From NCBI GenBank assembly GCA_002708765.1, contig PAPD01000052.1, forward strand, positions 15,535 through 79,534: a DNA stretch of 64,000 nt, given 5' to 3'. This document shows positions 30,974-42,052 of this stretch, piece after piece. A program made the position numbers and the translations under genes. Origin of the DNA: Gammaproteobacteria bacterium (GTDB taxonomy: Bacteria > Pseudomonadota > Gammaproteobacteria > Pseudomonadales > Azotimanducaceae). The notes under the pieces are model-generated. The model was given only the letters and a program-made list of their open reading frames with translations, ran no database searches and was not told the origin of the DNA. Each line of letters opens with the position of its first letter. Within the stretch, counting starts at the first letter, position 1.

Positions 30974-31690
30974 ATGACAATGATCCCCTTCTTGCCCGCT
31001 ACAAATTCAGTTTCGTTCCCAAGTGTGGATAAAGCGCTTGAAGAACCCAACGGTCTCCTAGCTGCCGGCGGCGCTTTAAACGTAAACACCCTGATTAATG
31101 CCTACGAAAAAGGGATATTCCCCTGGTTCGAGGAAGGTAGCCCCATTTTATGGTGGTCTCCTGATCCAAGATGTATCTTTGATCCCAGAACATTTTCTCA
31201 AAGTAAAAGCCTTAGAAAAAAGATCTCGCGCGGCGGATTCGAGATAAGAGTTAACTCATCTTTTGAAGAAGTAATCCGAAATTGCAAACAAATGAGGAGA
31301 GGTAACGATAGCACCTGGATAACGGAGGCTATTACCGAAGCATATATCGAAATGCATAAGGCTGGGCACGCTCACTCTCTGGAATGCTTTGTAAATGACC
31401 AGCTGATGGGAGGGTTATATGGAGTTTCGCTCGGAAACCTCTTTTTTGGGGAATCGATGTTTTATAAGGCGAGGGATTGCTCCAAACTCGCTCTCGCCGG
31501 ATTAATGACAATTATGAATTCCCACGACAGTAAAATGGTGGACTGTCAATTGGTTAACGGCCACCTCCTCTCCCTCGGGGCCAAGGAAATTCCCCGGCAA
31601 ACCTTTGTAAAAACTCTGAGAGATGGACTCAACCAGACCCCCATTAACTGGGCACAATACAATAGCCCGTTGGCGCGACTAGAATGGTGA
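30974..31690 (+). CDS. aat: leucyl/phenylalanyl-tRNA--protein transferase
   Basis: GLLAAGG...YEKGIFPWF...WWSPDPR motifs. Confidence 0.9.
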   Translation: MTMIPFLPATNSVSFPSVDKALEEPNGLLAAGGALNVNTLINAYEKGIFPWFEEGSPILWWSPDPRCIFDPRTFSQSKSLRKKISRGGFEIRVNSSFEEVIRNCKQMRRGNDSTWITEAITEAYIEMHKAGHAHSLECFVNDQLMGGLYGVSLGNLFFGESMFYKARDCSKLALAGLMTIMNSHDSKMVDCQLVNGHLLSLGAKEIPRQTFVKTLRDGLNQTPINWAQYNSPLARLEW

Positions 31691-32394
31691 ATTATGAACC
31701 ACTAAGGTTTTATATTACGCCCGAGCACAAATGCAGTTACCTGCCTCACAAAAGATCCGCGACCCTATTTGCCGACCCTAACCGCAGTCTAAGTAGAGCA
31801 GAATATTCGAGGTTATCTCAACTAGGATTCAGACGGAGTGGCTCCAATCTATACCGACCCCATTGCAAAGATTGTTCGGCTTGCATTCCATTAAGAATCC
31901 CAGCCAAACTATTCAAGTACAGGAGGCGACATAAAAGAATTCTGAATATCAATAAACGAGTAGTTACAACGAAAACGGATCCATACTTTTCCGAAGAGGT
32001 TTTTGATCTTTACTCCAGATATATTGAATACCGACATAAAAAAGGCGAGATGTATCCTCCTAATGCTTCGCAATTTACAGACTTTCTTGTTAATGGAAGA
32101 AAAGAAGCGAGCTTCTACGAATTCAAAGAAGGTAAAGAATTGTTGGGGATCTCGGTGGCGGACGATCTCGAAGACGGAATGTCAGCGGTCTACACCTTTT
32201 TCAATCCAGAACTCAAATCCCGTGCCTTAGGCATTTTCGCAATTCTCTGGTTAATCCAACAGACAAGGAAAACCTGTAAAGACTTTCTATATCTAGGATA
32301 CTGGATCGAAGCTAACAAAAAAATGAATTACAAAAGTCAATTCACCCCGTTTGAAAAATACTTAGATAAGGCCTGGATACTGACCGAAAAATGA
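31684..32394 (+). CDS. bpt: arginyl-tRNA--protein transferase (Bpt/Ate family)
   Basis: 236 aa, CSYLP...RRSG...YRP.C..C motifs, 7-nt overlap with aat. Confidence 0.9.
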   Translation: MVNYEPLRFYITPEHKCSYLPHKRSATLFADPNRSLSRAEYSRLSQLGFRRSGSNLYRPHCKDCSACIPLRIPAKLFKYRRRHKRILNINKRVVTTKTDPYFSEEVFDLYSRYIEYRHKKGEMYPPNASQFTDFLVNGRKEASFYEFKEGKELLGISVADDLEDGMSAVYTFFNPELKSRALGIFAILWLIQQTRKTCKDFLYLGYWIEANKKMNYKSQFTPFEKYLDKAWILTEK

Positions 32395-32482
32395 GTGCTA
32401 TGACACAATCATTTTGCCTTAACACGTTATTTAGTGCACAATTGCTCGCTTAAATTTAAAGATACAGTTTTGGTTTTTGCAT

Positions 32483-32698
32483 ATGGCGAAGGAAGAACAG
32501 ATTCAGATGGCGGGGACCGTTATCGATACGCTACCAAACACGATGTTCCGAGTCGAACTAGAGAATGGCCATGTCGTAATAGCCCATATTAGTGGAAAGA
32601 TGAGAAAAAATTATATCAAAATATTAACTGGAGATTCTGTGCAGGTTGAACTTACCCCATATGATCTGACGAAAGGACGAATTACCTTCAGAGAATAA
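32483..32698 (+). CDS. infA: translation initiation factor IF-1
   Basis: [48 protein letters not shown] is near-identical to E. coli IF1. ATG 32483 was preferred over the upstream TTG. Confidence 0.97.
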   Translation: MAKEEQIQMAGTVIDTLPNTMFRVELENGHVVIAHISGKMRKNYIKILTGDSVQVELTPYDLTKGRITFRE

Positions 32699-34957
32699 TT
32701 ATACCGTTTCTGGCTCATCTATAACGAGAACCAGCTCATCATTCTCTACTTCTACAGATACCACCCCACCGTTTTTAGACAACTTTCCAAACAATATATC
32801 TTCAGCCAGTTCCTTCTTAATGCGATCCTGAATAAGCCGCTGCATAGGCCTAGCTCCCATTTTTTCATCATATCCATTGGTAGCAAGCCATTCCCTAGCC
32901 TCCTCGGACACATCCAGCTGAACTTTTTTCTCATCCAATTGAACCTGGATTTCGACGAGAAATTTATCGACCACGGTTTTTATAACCTCAGGTGGAAGGG
33001 ATCCAAACTGGATAATAGAATCCAGGCGGTTTCTGAATTCTGGAGCAAACGTCTTTTTAATGATTTCCATCCCATCCGTAGAATGATGCTGCAGTTGAAA
33101 ACCAATAGAACTCCTATGCATTTCCTGGGCTCCTGCGTTGGTCGTCATAACTATAATGACATTCCTGAAGTCCGCTTTTCTTCCGTTATTATCAGTTAAA
33201 GTTCCATGATCAAAGACCTGAAGGAGTAAGTTGAAAACTTCGGGATGAGCTTTTTCAATTTCATCCAGCAGCAAGACACAATGAGGTTGCTTCGAAATAG
33301 CTTCTGTTAGCAATCCGCCCTGATCAAAACCCACATATCCTGGAGGCGCCCCAATCAAACGAGAAACCGTATGTCGTTCCATGTACTCCGACATATCAAA
33401 CCGAACTAGCTCCACACCCATAATAGATGCCAATTGACGACATACTTCCGTCTTCCCTACTCCGGTCGGTCCGCTAAACAGGAAAGAACCTACTGGCTTT
33501 CCTTCTTCTTTAAGTCCAGCCCTGGAAAGCTTAATAACACCTGACATAGATTCGATAGCCTCATCCTGACCAAAAATCACCATTTTCAAGTTGGTTTCCA
33601 GATCCTGAAGCGTATTTTTGTCCGTGCTCGAGACATTTTTTGGAGGAATCCGAGCAATCTTCGCTACCATTTGCTCAATATCTGTAGGGGATATCTGTTT
33701 TTTTCTTCGACTCTTCGGCTGAAGCTGCTGAAATGCACCAACCTCATCAATCACATCTATGGCTTTATCAGGCATAAAACGATCGTTTATATATTTATCT
33801 GCAAGCTCGGCAGCGACCTTGAGAGCCCGGTCTGTGTACTTAAGCTTATGATGCTCTTCGAAACGAGTCTTTAATCCTTTCAATATCTGATAGGTGTCAT
33901 CCACATCTGGCTCTGTGACATCAATCTTTTGAAATCTTCGGGAGAGCGCTCGATCTTTATCAAATATGCCACGGTATTCCTGGTAAGTAGTCGAACCAAT
34001 GCACCTGATTTCTCCAGATGCCAACAAAGGTTTTAGGAGATTAGAGGCGTCCATCACCCCCCCCGAAGCTGCTCCCGCACCTATAATGGTGTGTATTTCA
34101 TCAATAAAGAGAATCTGATTCTCAGAGCGTTTAAGCTCATTTAACAAGGCCTTTAACCTTTTTTCAAAATCTCCCCGGTATTTGGTCCCGGCTAACAGAG
34201 CACCCAAATCAAGGGCATGAACAACGCTTTCTGAAATTACTTCAGGAACCTGGTTATCTACTATTAGCTTCGCCAAACCTTCCGCAATAGCAGTTTTTCC
34301 CACACCAGACTCTCCCACCAGAAGCGGGTTATTCTTTCTTCGCCTGGAAAGTGTCTGAATTACTCTCTCCACTTCATCATCTCTACCGACAAGAGGATCA
34401 ATAATACCGTTCTTTGCCGAAAAATTAAGATTAGTCGCATAGAGCTCCAGGGCGCTTTTTTTCTTTTCGCTCGCTTCTCCCGCTACTCCTTCATTAACCC
34501 TTTCATCTTGCTCTTCATTTGATGCCTTGTCCGAAGCACCATGCGAAATGTAGTTAACGACATCGATCCGGTTAACGTTTTGCTGTTTAAGGACATACAC
34601 TGCATGACTTTCCTGTTCACTATATATAGCAACCAGAACGTTCGCTCCATCCACTTCGTTTTTGCCACTGGACTGGACATGGAAAACCGCCCTTTGCAGC
34701 ACACGCTGAAAACCAAGAGTAGGCTGCGTTTCGAGGTTTTCATCCTGGGCTACTAGAGGCGTCGTTGAGTCTACGAATTCAATGAGTGAACTTCTCAACG
34801 TTTCCAGATTCGCACCGCAACCAGCTAAAACTTCAACCGCCGACCTGTTGTCTAAGAGAGCGCAGAGCAAATGTTCAACCGACATCAGCTCATGTCTTTT
34901 CTTTCGTGCATCCTTGAACGCAAAATTAAGGGTAAGTTCTAGTTCTCTACTGAGCAT
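32699..34957 (-). CDS. clpA: ATP-dependent Clp protease ATP-binding subunit ClpA
   Basis: 752 aa, two AAA+ modules (GESGVGKT and GPTGVGKT). Confidence 0.97.
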   Translation of the reverse strand: MLSRELELTLNFAFKDARKKRHELMSVEHLLCALLDNRSAVEVLAGCGANLETLRSSLIEFVDSTTPLVAQDENLETQPTLGFQRVLQRAVFHVQSSGKNEVDGANVLVAIYSEQESHAVYVLKQQNVNRIDVVNYISHGASDKASNEEQDERVNEGVAGEASEKKKSALELYATNLNFSAKNGIIDPLVGRDDEVERVIQTLSRRRKNNPLLVGESGVGKTAIAEGLAKLIVDNQVPEVISESVVHALDLGALLAGTKYRGDFEKRLKALLNELKRSENQILFIDEIHTIIGAGAASGGVMDASNLLKPLLASGEIRCIGSTTYQEYRGIFDKDRALSRRFQKIDVTEPDVDDTYQILKGLKTRFEEHHKLKYTDRALKVAAELADKYINDRFMPDKAIDVIDEVGAFQQLQPKSRRKKQISPTDIEQMVAKIARIPPKNVSSTDKNTLQDLETNLKMVIFGQDEAIESMSGVIKLSRAGLKEEGKPVGSFLFSGPTGVGKTEVCRQLASIMGVELVRFDMSEYMERHTVSRLIGAPPGYVGFDQGGLLTEAISKQPHCVLLLDEIEKAHPEVFNLLLQVFDHGTLTDNNGRKADFRNVIIVMTTNAGAQEMHRSSIGFQLQHHSTDGMEIIKKTFAPEFRNRLDSIIQFGSLPPEVIKTVVDKFLVEIQVQLDEKKVQLDVSEEAREWLATNGYDEKMGARPMQRLIQDRIKKELAEDILFGKLSKNGGVVSVEVENDELVLVIDEPETV

Positions 34958-34974
34958 CGATTTTATGCTTCCTT

Positions 34975-35364
34975 CTAATTATCATCTGCGACCGGCTCTA
35001 TTTCCGATACCAGAGGGTGCTCATTGTCTTTAGCACACTGGTTCACTTGAGCAGATTTCGTTTCTGCAATGTCTCTAGGAAAAATCCCACAGGTCGCCTT
35101 ACCATTAGTATGAACTGTCAACATCACCTGGGTAGCTTTTTCCCGATCCATACCAAAAAAAGATTGAAGAATTTCTACAACAAACTCCATAGGCGTGTAA
35201 TCATCGTTAAGCATAATCACCTGATAAAAAGACGGCTTCTTCAAAGCAGGTTTCGAAGGAGCCTCTATGACACCGGCACCTCCTTCCGTCTCGCCACTAG
35301 AATTAGTAATGCCCATGCTAACAATCATCTGTTCTTTTTTACCGGTTTTCAATTTTCTGAACAT
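34975..35364 (-). CDS. clpS: ClpS adaptor (N-degron recognin)
   Basis: [20 protein letters not shown] core, immediately upstream of clpA, GAAGG SD. Confidence 0.9.
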   Translation of the reverse strand: MFRKLKTGKKEQMIVSMGITNSSGETEGGAGVIEAPSKPALKKPSFYQVIMLNDDYTPMEFVVEILQSFFGMDREKATQVMLTVHTNGKATCGIFPRDIAETKSAQVNQCAKDNEHPLVSEIEPVADDN

Positions 35365-35608
35365 AAGTACCTTCGTTTGCCCAATTTTCTCCGTCTAATC
35401 GATCAGAATCAACTGAAAATAACAAATGTCCAATGCACATTGACACTGATCTAGATAAATTGCACTAATAATGAGGCATTAGAAACTATAGCCTTGACGT
35501 TTTCTAACAAAAGATCCTAAATATGATAAATAATAACAATAATCCTCCAAAACTCGTAAGAATATCTGGCTGCCTAACGGCTTCGGGTTTTAGGGGCGGA
35601 GGAAGGCG

Positions 35609-35830
35609 ATGCAGAAAGGAAAGGTTAAATGGTTTAATAACACCAAAGGGTATGGATTTGTAATATATGACGGAGATTCAGAAGATTACTTTGTTCATTA
35701 CTCCTCTATCGTTATGGAAGGATATAAGAGCCTAAAGGCAGGTCAGCAGGTCACTTTCGAGATAGAGGAAGGCGAAAAAGGAAAAAATGCAGTTAACGTT
35801 AAACTAATTGAAGATGAAAAAGCCGACTGA
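35609..35830 (+). CDS. cspD: cold-shock-domain protein, CspD-like
   Basis: KGKVKWFNNTKGYGFV RNP motifs, and position next to clpS as in E. coli. Confidence 0.9.
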   Translation: MQKGKVKWFNNTKGYGFVIYDGDSEDYFVHYSSIVMEGYKSLKAGQQVTFEIEEGEKGKNAVNVKLIEDEKAD

Positions 35831-35857
35831 CACGAAACAAACTTAGAATTCGTATTT

Positions 35858-36463
35858 TTGAACAAAAACCTAGACCAGCCCGGTAATTATGTAATTCTTT
35901 TCAATAAGCCTTACGGCGTTTTGTGCCAGTTTACGGGGCCCAAACCAAATCTAGCCGAATACATACCAGTTAAAGGTTTCTACCCAGCAGGAAGGCTAGA
36001 CAAAGATTCTGAAGGCCTGGTAGTGCTGACCGATAACGGTCAATTACAAGCCCAGATTACTGATCCTGAATATAAAATGAAAAAGACTTATTGGGCTCAG
36101 GTCGAAGGAAAAATCAACGCAACCGCTCTTAATTTTATAAAAACAGGCGTTTTAATAAAAGGAAAAAAGACGGCTCCAGCGCAAGTAAAGAAAATCCATA
36201 TTCCTTTAAGTCCCAGAGAACCAGATATACGTCGCCGGGAAAACATCCCCACTTCATGGCTAGAAATAGTGATTAAAGAAGGTCGGAATCGCCAAATCCG
36301 AAAAATGACGGCAGCAGCGGGCTTTCCAACTCTAAGGCTATATAGAACTGGCGTTGGCCCCTGGAATATTTTTTCCACTCCGACAGGCAGTTTTCAAAAA
36401 TGCAGGGTCAATTATCCTCTTTATCCCAGGCTACCAAAAAAGCTGCGTCGCTCTCCCGACTAG
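35858..36463 (+). CDS. rluE: 23S rRNA pseudouridine synthase RluE (RsuA family)
   Basis: FNKPYGVLCQF, catalytic AGRLDKDSEGL, EGRNRQIRKMT. It has a TTG start and a C-terminal tail about 17 aa longer than E. coli RluE. Confidence 0.8.
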   Translation: MNKNLDQPGNYVILFNKPYGVLCQFTGPKPNLAEYIPVKGFYPAGRLDKDSEGLVVLTDNGQLQAQITDPEYKMKKTYWAQVEGKINATALNFIKTGVLIKGKKTAPAQVKKIHIPLSPREPDIRRRENIPTSWLEIVIKEGRNRQIRKMTAAAGFPTLRLYRTGVGPWNIFSTPTGSFQKCRVNYPLYPRLPKKLRRSPD

Positions 36464-36875
36464 CAACCCATTTTTCACCTCGCTCATGCTTTTCTTTTTT
36501 CCAGAAAGGAGCCTTAGTCTTCAAATAATCCATTATAAAATCACAGGCGCTAATCGAATCCTTTCTATGCGAGCTAGCCACACCCACAAAGACTATTCCA
36601 TCACCTATTCCTAATTTACCGAAACGATGAATTATGGTTCCAGCCAGAATATCCCAACGGTTTCTTGCTTCGCCAAGTATCTTCTGGAGCTCAATTTCTG
36701 TCATCCCAGGGTAATGCTCAATAAATATCTTCTCAATCTTTTTCCCTTGGTTAACATCTCGAACCAATCCCACAAACGTGGCAACCGCACCAACAGACGG
36801 ACTCGAATTCTGCAAAGAAGAATACTCCTCAGCTACGTCGAAAGGAGTTTCCTGGACAACAACTCTGAAACTCAT
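36408..36875 (-). CDS. moaE: molybdopterin synthase catalytic subunit MoaE
   Basis: 155 aa, KTKAPFWKKE...WV..RESD C-terminal motif. Confidence 0.9.
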   Translation of the reverse strand: MSFRVVVQETPFDVAEEYSSLQNSSPSVGAVATFVGLVRDVNQGKKIEKIFIEHYPGMTEIELQKILGEARNRWDILAGTIIHRFGKLGIGDGIVFVGVASSHRKDSISACDFIMDYLKTKAPFWKKEKHERGEKWVASRESDAAFLVAWDKEDN

Positions 36876-37130
36876 TTACCCTCCTGTAACCGGAGGCAGA
36901 AAAGCAATCTCATCACCGTCTACTAATGACTCGTCCGAATTAACAATCTCTTTATTGATAGCGACTTTGACAGATTCCTTCCCTAAAACTGATAACCAAT
37001 TGGGTCCTTGTTCACGCCCCAGTTTTCTGATTAAGTCCGAAATTCTTGCGGGATTCTGAAGAACCACTAAAAGCTTGGAACACCCAAGATCCTCTCGAAT
37101 ACTAGCGAAAAACAAAACATGGACATTCAT
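36876..37130 (-). CDS. moaD: molybdopterin synthase sulfur carrier MoaD
   Basis: 84 aa ending in ...PPVTGG. Confidence 0.85.
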   Translation of the reverse strand: MNVHVLFFASIREDLGCSKLLVVLQNPARISDLIRKLGREQGPNWLSVLGKESVKVAINKEIVNSDESLVDGDEIAFLPPVTGG

Positions 37131-37618
37131 TTCTTTTTTGTCCAGGTTCCGCTCTTTCCACCCGACTTATTCTCAAGCCCGATCTCAGAAATAGTCATTC
37201 CTCGATCAACAGCTTTGCACATGTCATATATTGTCAAGCTTGCTAACGTTACGGCACAAAGAGCTTCCATCTCGACACCTGTTCGACCAGAGGTTTTGCA
37301 TATGCTCTCTACTAAAACACGGCTAGAAACTTTATCAAAGGAAAAACGGATTTTTACGGTATCTAAAGAGAGAGGATGACAAAGAGGAATAAGATCTGAG
37401 CACTTTTTTGCTCCCTGAATGCCTGCGATCCTCGCGACCCCAAGAACATCCCCCTTCTCCGCCTCTCCCTTAATGATCAGTTCCAAGGTTTCGGGCTCCA
37501 TCTGCACATAACATGAAGCCTTAGCTTCTCTCTCTGACACAGCTTTGGGACTTACGTCTACCATATGGGCACGACCATCATTATCAAAATGAGTAAGACC
37601 AGAATTTTTGTTAATCAA
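37127..37618 (-). CDS. moaC: cyclic pyranopterin monophosphate synthase MoaC
   Basis: [29 protein letters not shown] overlap with moaD. Confidence 0.93.
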   Translation of the reverse strand: MINKNSGLTHFDNDGRAHMVDVSPKAVSEREAKASCYVQMEPETLELIIKGEAEKGDVLGVARIAGIQGAKKCSDLIPLCHPLSLDTVKIRFSFDKVSSRVLVESICKTSGRTGVEMEALCAVTLASLTIYDMCKAVDRGMTISEIGLENKSGGKSGTWTKKK

Positions 37619-37801
37619 AAAATTTTCCTCCTGACATCAAGATAGCTAACCCTATTTTCACAGGAAATGGTTCTATATCCAAAAATCTTTTTCTGCAGTG
37701 CTCATCAAATTCATCTATCGATACAACTCCACCCAAAACTAAGGAAAAATTGGTAGTAGCAAGTTAAAATAGGCCCCAACCCATTTTGACTGGCTAGAAA
37801 A

Positions 37802-38908
37802 ATGCCTGAACCCGAAACTAACCAGACCATGAGGAAAAAGGTAATAGTAGGAATGTCCGGTGGAGTGGATTCTTCGGTTGCTGCTTTGCTTTGCTTACAA
37901 TCAGGGCACGAAGTCGAGGGTCTTTTCATGAAAAACTGGGACGAAGATGATGGGTCAGAATATTGTACAGCTAAACAGGACCTCGAAGACGCGGACCACG
38001 TATGCCGAAAATTGGGTATTAAACTAAATCATGCCAATTTCGCAGCAGAATACTGGGACAACGTTTTTCAGGAATTCCTAAGGGAATACAAATCTGGCCG
38101 AACACCGAACCCTGATGTGCTTTGTAACAGAGAGATTAAATTCAACGTGTTTGCCAAATATTCAAGAATGCTAGGAGCCGAATCTATTTCAACCGGGCAT
38201 TATGCTAGGTTGCAAAAGACAAACAACGAAATTAGATTACTGAAAGCCCACGATCATAAAAAAGATCAAAGTTACTTCCTTCAAGCAGTTTCTCAAGAAC
38301 AACTTAAAAACGTCATCTTCCCGTTGGGCAAACTGAAAAAAACCGAGGTAAGGAAAATCGCAAAAAAAAACGACCTGGATATCCATTCCAAGAAGGATTC
38401 GACGGGGATATGTTTTATTGGCGAGCGCCGATTCAGAGATTTTCTTAAAGCCTACCTAAAAGCTAAGCCAGGGAAAATAGTAGACGAAAAAGGAACTGTT
38501 CTGGGAGAACATCAAGGTCTAATGTTCCATACACTTGGCCAACGCCAGGGGTTAAATATTGGCGGAAAAAAAGGCGCCCAGGAAAAACCATGGTACGTGT
38601 CAGAAAAGTCATTGGAAGAAAACAAGCTAGTGGTCGTGCAAGGCAACAAGCACCCATCACTCTTTAGCCGATCTATATACCTAGACTCTATTTCCTGGAT
38701 AGGACCCAAACCCGATTTGCCAGAAAACTTAGCGGTTAAAGTGAGATATCGCCAAGCAGATCAAAACTGTATTTTGACAAAAAAGGGAAAGGGATTTCTT
38801 GTTCGCTTTGATGAACTGCAAAGAGCAGTGACACCGGGGCAGTGGGCTTGCTTTTATTCGGGTGATTGGTGCCTAGGAGGGGGAGTGATAACTTCCGTTA
38901 ACGCCTGA
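37802..38908 (+). CDS. mnmA: tRNA 2-thiouridine(34) synthase MnmA
   Basis: PP-loop [20 protein letters not shown]. The true start may be the internal ATG at 37829 (MRKKVIV...). Confidence 0.95.
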   Translation: MPEPETNQTMRKKVIVGMSGGVDSSVAALLCLQSGHEVEGLFMKNWDEDDGSEYCTAKQDLEDADHVCRKLGIKLNHANFAAEYWDNVFQEFLREYKSGRTPNPDVLCNREIKFNVFAKYSRMLGAESISTGHYARLQKTNNEIRLLKAHDHKKDQSYFLQAVSQEQLKNVIFPLGKLKKTEVRKIAKKNDLDIHSKKDSTGICFIGERRFRDFLKAYLKAKPGKIVDEKGTVLGEHQGLMFHTLGQRQGLNIGGKKGAQEKPWYVSEKSLEENKLVVVQGNKHPSLFSRSIYLDSISWIGPKPDLPENLAVKVRYRQADQNCILTKKGKGFLVRFDELQRAVTPGQWACFYSGDWCLGGGVITSVNA

Positions 38909-39537
38909 TGAAACTATCGAGACTGGAAGAACAAACGATATCATTAGCCGGGGTAATGCAGGCCTGTCAGATAACTGACGAAATCGCCCAATTAGGGATG
39001 ACCTCGAATGATAATCTTGATTCTTGTATCAAAACAATTTTCGTAACAGATCCAAATACTTTTCTGGATGTCTACGGTGAAATTGGAAGCTTGGCCTTAG
39101 GACTAAAGATATTAAAGGATACTCTGAGCAACTGGATCCCTACAAAGTACCGAGCTGCTAATAGAAACTGTCTGGCAATCCTGATGCTTGAAAGGCAATT
39201 AGTTAAATCAAAAAATACTGTTCTCAGACTATCTCAAGGGATAGAGGAAATAAGAAGAGAGTTTGAGTCAAAAGCCCTTGGTCCTAGTAGTTCAAAAACA
39301 ACAGCGCTTCTTTCCAATCTCTATAAACAGACGATCTCGCAACTCGGCCCTAAAATAATAGTAAAGGGACAACCAAAAAATCTGACAATAGGAGTAAACA
39401 CGGAGCGCATCCGATCACTTCTCCTTTCGGGTATCCGATCTGCCGTTCTTTGGCGCCAGGTTGGTGGAAGACGCCGAGATTTAGTATTTCGGAGAACCGA
39501 ATTACTTAGTTGTTGTCAGGGACTTAATAAAAATTAG
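38908..39537 (+). CDS. hflD: high-frequency-of-lysogenization protein HflD homolog
   Basis: 209 aa, LAGVMQA...V motif, between mnmA and purB as in E. coli, TGATG overlap with mnmA. Confidence 0.8.
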   Translation: MKLSRLEEQTISLAGVMQACQITDEIAQLGMTSNDNLDSCIKTIFVTDPNTFLDVYGEIGSLALGLKILKDTLSNWIPTKYRAANRNCLAILMLERQLVKSKNTVLRLSQGIEEIRREFESKALGPSSSKTTALLSNLYKQTISQLGPKIIVKGQPKNLTIGVNTERIRSLLLSGIRSAVLWRQVGGRRRDLVFRRTELLSCCQGLNKN

Positions 39538-39572
39538 GAAAATCAAATGATCAAATATAAAATGCAAAGACT

Positions 39573-40952
39573 ATGTTGGAACTTTTAGAGCTTACAGCGA
39601 TAAGTCCTGCAGATGGACGGTACGCGAAACAAACCGCCGAACTCCGAGAAATATTTAGCGAGTTCGGACTAATGCGACGCAGGCTTCTAATCGAAATTGA
39701 GTGGTTCAAATTCCTGGGAAATTCAGATTATATAGCCGAGCTAGGTCCTTTCTCTAAGTCAACTTCAAAAAAAATTGATGCGATAGCTACCTCCTTTTCA
39801 ATCGAACAGGCTTCAGATGTAAAGGTGCTCGAAAAGAAAATCAATCATGATCTAAAGGCTATCGAGTATTTTATAAAGTCCCAATTCGAATCAATATCAG
39901 AATTAAAACCTTACAAAGAGTTCGTGCACTTCTCTTGTACCTCTGAAGACATTAATAACCTCGCATACGGACTAATGCTGAAAGAAGCAACCGAAAATAG
40001 TCTAATTCCTCGGATGGAGAAAATCGTCGAGGCACTATCAGAATTCGCGAACAAATACTCGGATAAAACCATGATCTCAAGAACACATGGCCAAGCGGCT
40101 TCTCCTACTACAATGGGAAAAGAACTAGCTAATTACGTCTCGAGATTAAGTCGGCAGCTCCGCTTTGTTAAAAGCTCCGAATACCTAGGAAAATTCAATG
40201 GTGCTGTCGGGAACTACAATGCTCATACTTTCGCGTACCCAGAAGTGGACTGGATAAAAGCTAGCGAAAAATTCGTTTCAGGCCTTGGCCTCAAATGGAA
40301 TGCTTATTCAACGCAAATAGAGCCTCATGACTCAATAGCAGAGCTCTTTCAGACGATTTCTAGGTTTAACACAATTCTTGATGATCTTTGCAAGGATATC
40401 TGGTCCTACGTTTCCATAGGATACTTCACCCAACAAACTAAGGAGGGTGAAGTAGGCTCTTCGACCATGCCCCACAAAGTAAACCCCATAGACTTTGAAA
40501 ATGCTGAGGGAAACCTTGGCTTAGCTAACGCAATATCTGCTCATTTCTCAAGTAAACTGCCAAGTTCCCGTTATCAAAGAGATCTTTCAGATTCAACGGT
40601 CCTAAGAAATCTAGGCCTGCCCTTCGTTTATTCATTAATCGCATACAATTCTATTGTTAAGGGGCTTTCAAAGATCGAACTCAATGAAAAATCTCTTGAA
40701 AAAGACCTCGAAAAGAACTGGGAGGTTTTAGCTGAAGCAATTCAGACGATAATGCGAAAACAAGGAATGGTAGAGCCTTACGAGCAACTAAAAAAAATGA
40801 CCAGAGGCAACGCTCTCGATAAGGAAAACATTAGAGACCTGATAAAAAAGCTGGACCTACCCTCAAATGTCGAGAAGGAACTACTTGATCTCACTCCAGA
40901 GTCTTATGCAGGACAAGCCAGCAAGCTGACTCAACTTCTAATCAACCGCTAA
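39573..40952 (+). CDS. purB: adenylosuccinate lyase
   Basis: 459 aa, SPADGRY, TSEDINN, GSSTMPHKVNP signature. Confidence 0.97.
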   Translation: MLELLELTAISPADGRYAKQTAELREIFSEFGLMRRRLLIEIEWFKFLGNSDYIAELGPFSKSTSKKIDAIATSFSIEQASDVKVLEKKINHDLKAIEYFIKSQFESISELKPYKEFVHFSCTSEDINNLAYGLMLKEATENSLIPRMEKIVEALSEFANKYSDKTMISRTHGQAASPTTMGKELANYVSRLSRQLRFVKSSEYLGKFNGAVGNYNAHTFAYPEVDWIKASEKFVSGLGLKWNAYSTQIEPHDSIAELFQTISRFNTILDDLCKDIWSYVSIGYFTQQTKEGEVGSSTMPHKVNPIDFENAEGNLGLANAISAHFSSKLPSSRYQRDLSDSTVLRNLGLPFVYSLIAYNSIVKGLSKIELNEKSLEKDLEKNWEVLAEAIQTIMRKQGMVEPYEQLKKMTRGNALDKENIRDLIKKLDLPSNVEKELLDLTPESYAGQASKLTQLLINR

Positions 40953-42052
40953 TGCAGATGGCATTCCAATTAAAGGAATTCCAACAGAATTCTTGGCGCA
41001 AAAAGGTTACAGCTTTCAAGAAATCTATAGATACAAAACGTTACCCACTTTCACCCGACCAGTTAATTTCGATGGCAGAGCATGACTCAATGGAGTCTCG
41101 TCTTGTTGAAAACATGGAAACTGTCTCTTCTGGACCTTTTACCAAAAGAAGAGTCACTAAAAGTCTCTATTCCGGAACTGGAATGTTATTCGTGCAAGGT
41201 CTAGAGCAGCACCTAGAAATAATTAGAAACCTAATGTCCACGCAATTCGCGTTCATCCCAGCCTGGCAATTCGAGGACGTAATGGGATCACTGAGCTGCG
41301 AATCCGCTAGCTGCGGAGCTCATTTCGATCAGTACGACGTCTTTCTTCTCCAACATACGGGCACAAAACAGTGGCTGTTTGACGACGGTTCTCATATAGA
41401 TGAAGATCTAATGAAAAACACTGAACTGAGACTGTTAAAAAGTTTCTCTCCCACCTCGGAAATTATCGCGAACGAAGGAGATTTGATTTATGTTCCACCA
41501 GGTATCGGGCACCATGGGATATCTAAGAATATTTCTATCACTCTTTCCATAGGAATCCGCAACCCGACACCTTTTGAGATCTTGGGGGACCTAAGCACTC
41601 ATGTCATGAGTCAAATGGGTAATCAGGCACCCGCCAGCTCAAAGCTTTTTTCTGGTCAAGCTGGAATTAGTGACGATTTCGTAACTGAAATACAGCAAAC
41701 CCTGGAAGAAGCTTTGACAAGGGAGAATACCGAGGACTGGGTCGGAATATTTTCTACACTATTAAAGAATCCAGATCTACTCGAAACTAGCGATTCAGAA
41801 AAACCGCTTATCGGATCCAGCCTAAGAGCAACTCTCCCTTCTCGATTTGCCTTTAAGACAAAAGAGACTAATGTCCTTTTTTTTGTTAATGGTGAGAAAT
41901 ACATTCTAGATCTTTCGGACATGAGCTGGATCTTTGAACTAGTAACAGAAAGGCATTTTATATATAACGAGAACATGAGCTCCTCAGGAGAAAACTGTAT
42001 AGCAAAAATGATTAGAGATGGAAGTTTGTCAGTAGTTTCAGTCCATGAATAA
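40952..42052 (+). CDS. cupin/JmjC-type ribosomal protein oxygenase (RoxA/YcfD-like)
   Basis: 366 aa, HxD (AHFD) plus a distal His (GIGHHG) facial triad, next to purB as ycfD is in E. coli, TAATG overlap with purB. Confidence 0.7.
   Translation: MQMAFQLKEFQQNSWRKKVTAFKKSIDTKRYPLSPDQLISMAEHDSMESRLVENMETVSSGPFTKRRVTKSLYSGTGMLFVQGLEQHLEIIRNLMSTQFAFIPAWQFEDVMGSLSCESASCGAHFDQYDVFLLQHTGTKQWLFDDGSHIDEDLMKNTELRLLKSFSPTSEIIANEGDLIYVPPGIGHHGISKNISITLSIGIRNPTPFEILGDLSTHVMSQMGNQAPASSKLFSGQAGISDDFVTEIQQTLEEALTRENTEDWVGIFSTLLKNPDLLETSDSEKPLIGSSLRATLPSRFAFKTKETNVLFFVNGEKYILDLSDMSWIFELVTERHFIYNENMSSSGENCIAKMIRDGSLSVVSVHE

Noticed and set aside
37619-37801. Possible Moco riboswitch upstream of moaC
   Set aside because: Reading the minus strand, I could not find the conserved Moco-motif blocks I remember (CCUCCGAG-like, GGAAAGG-like). 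This remains unverified without cmsearch.
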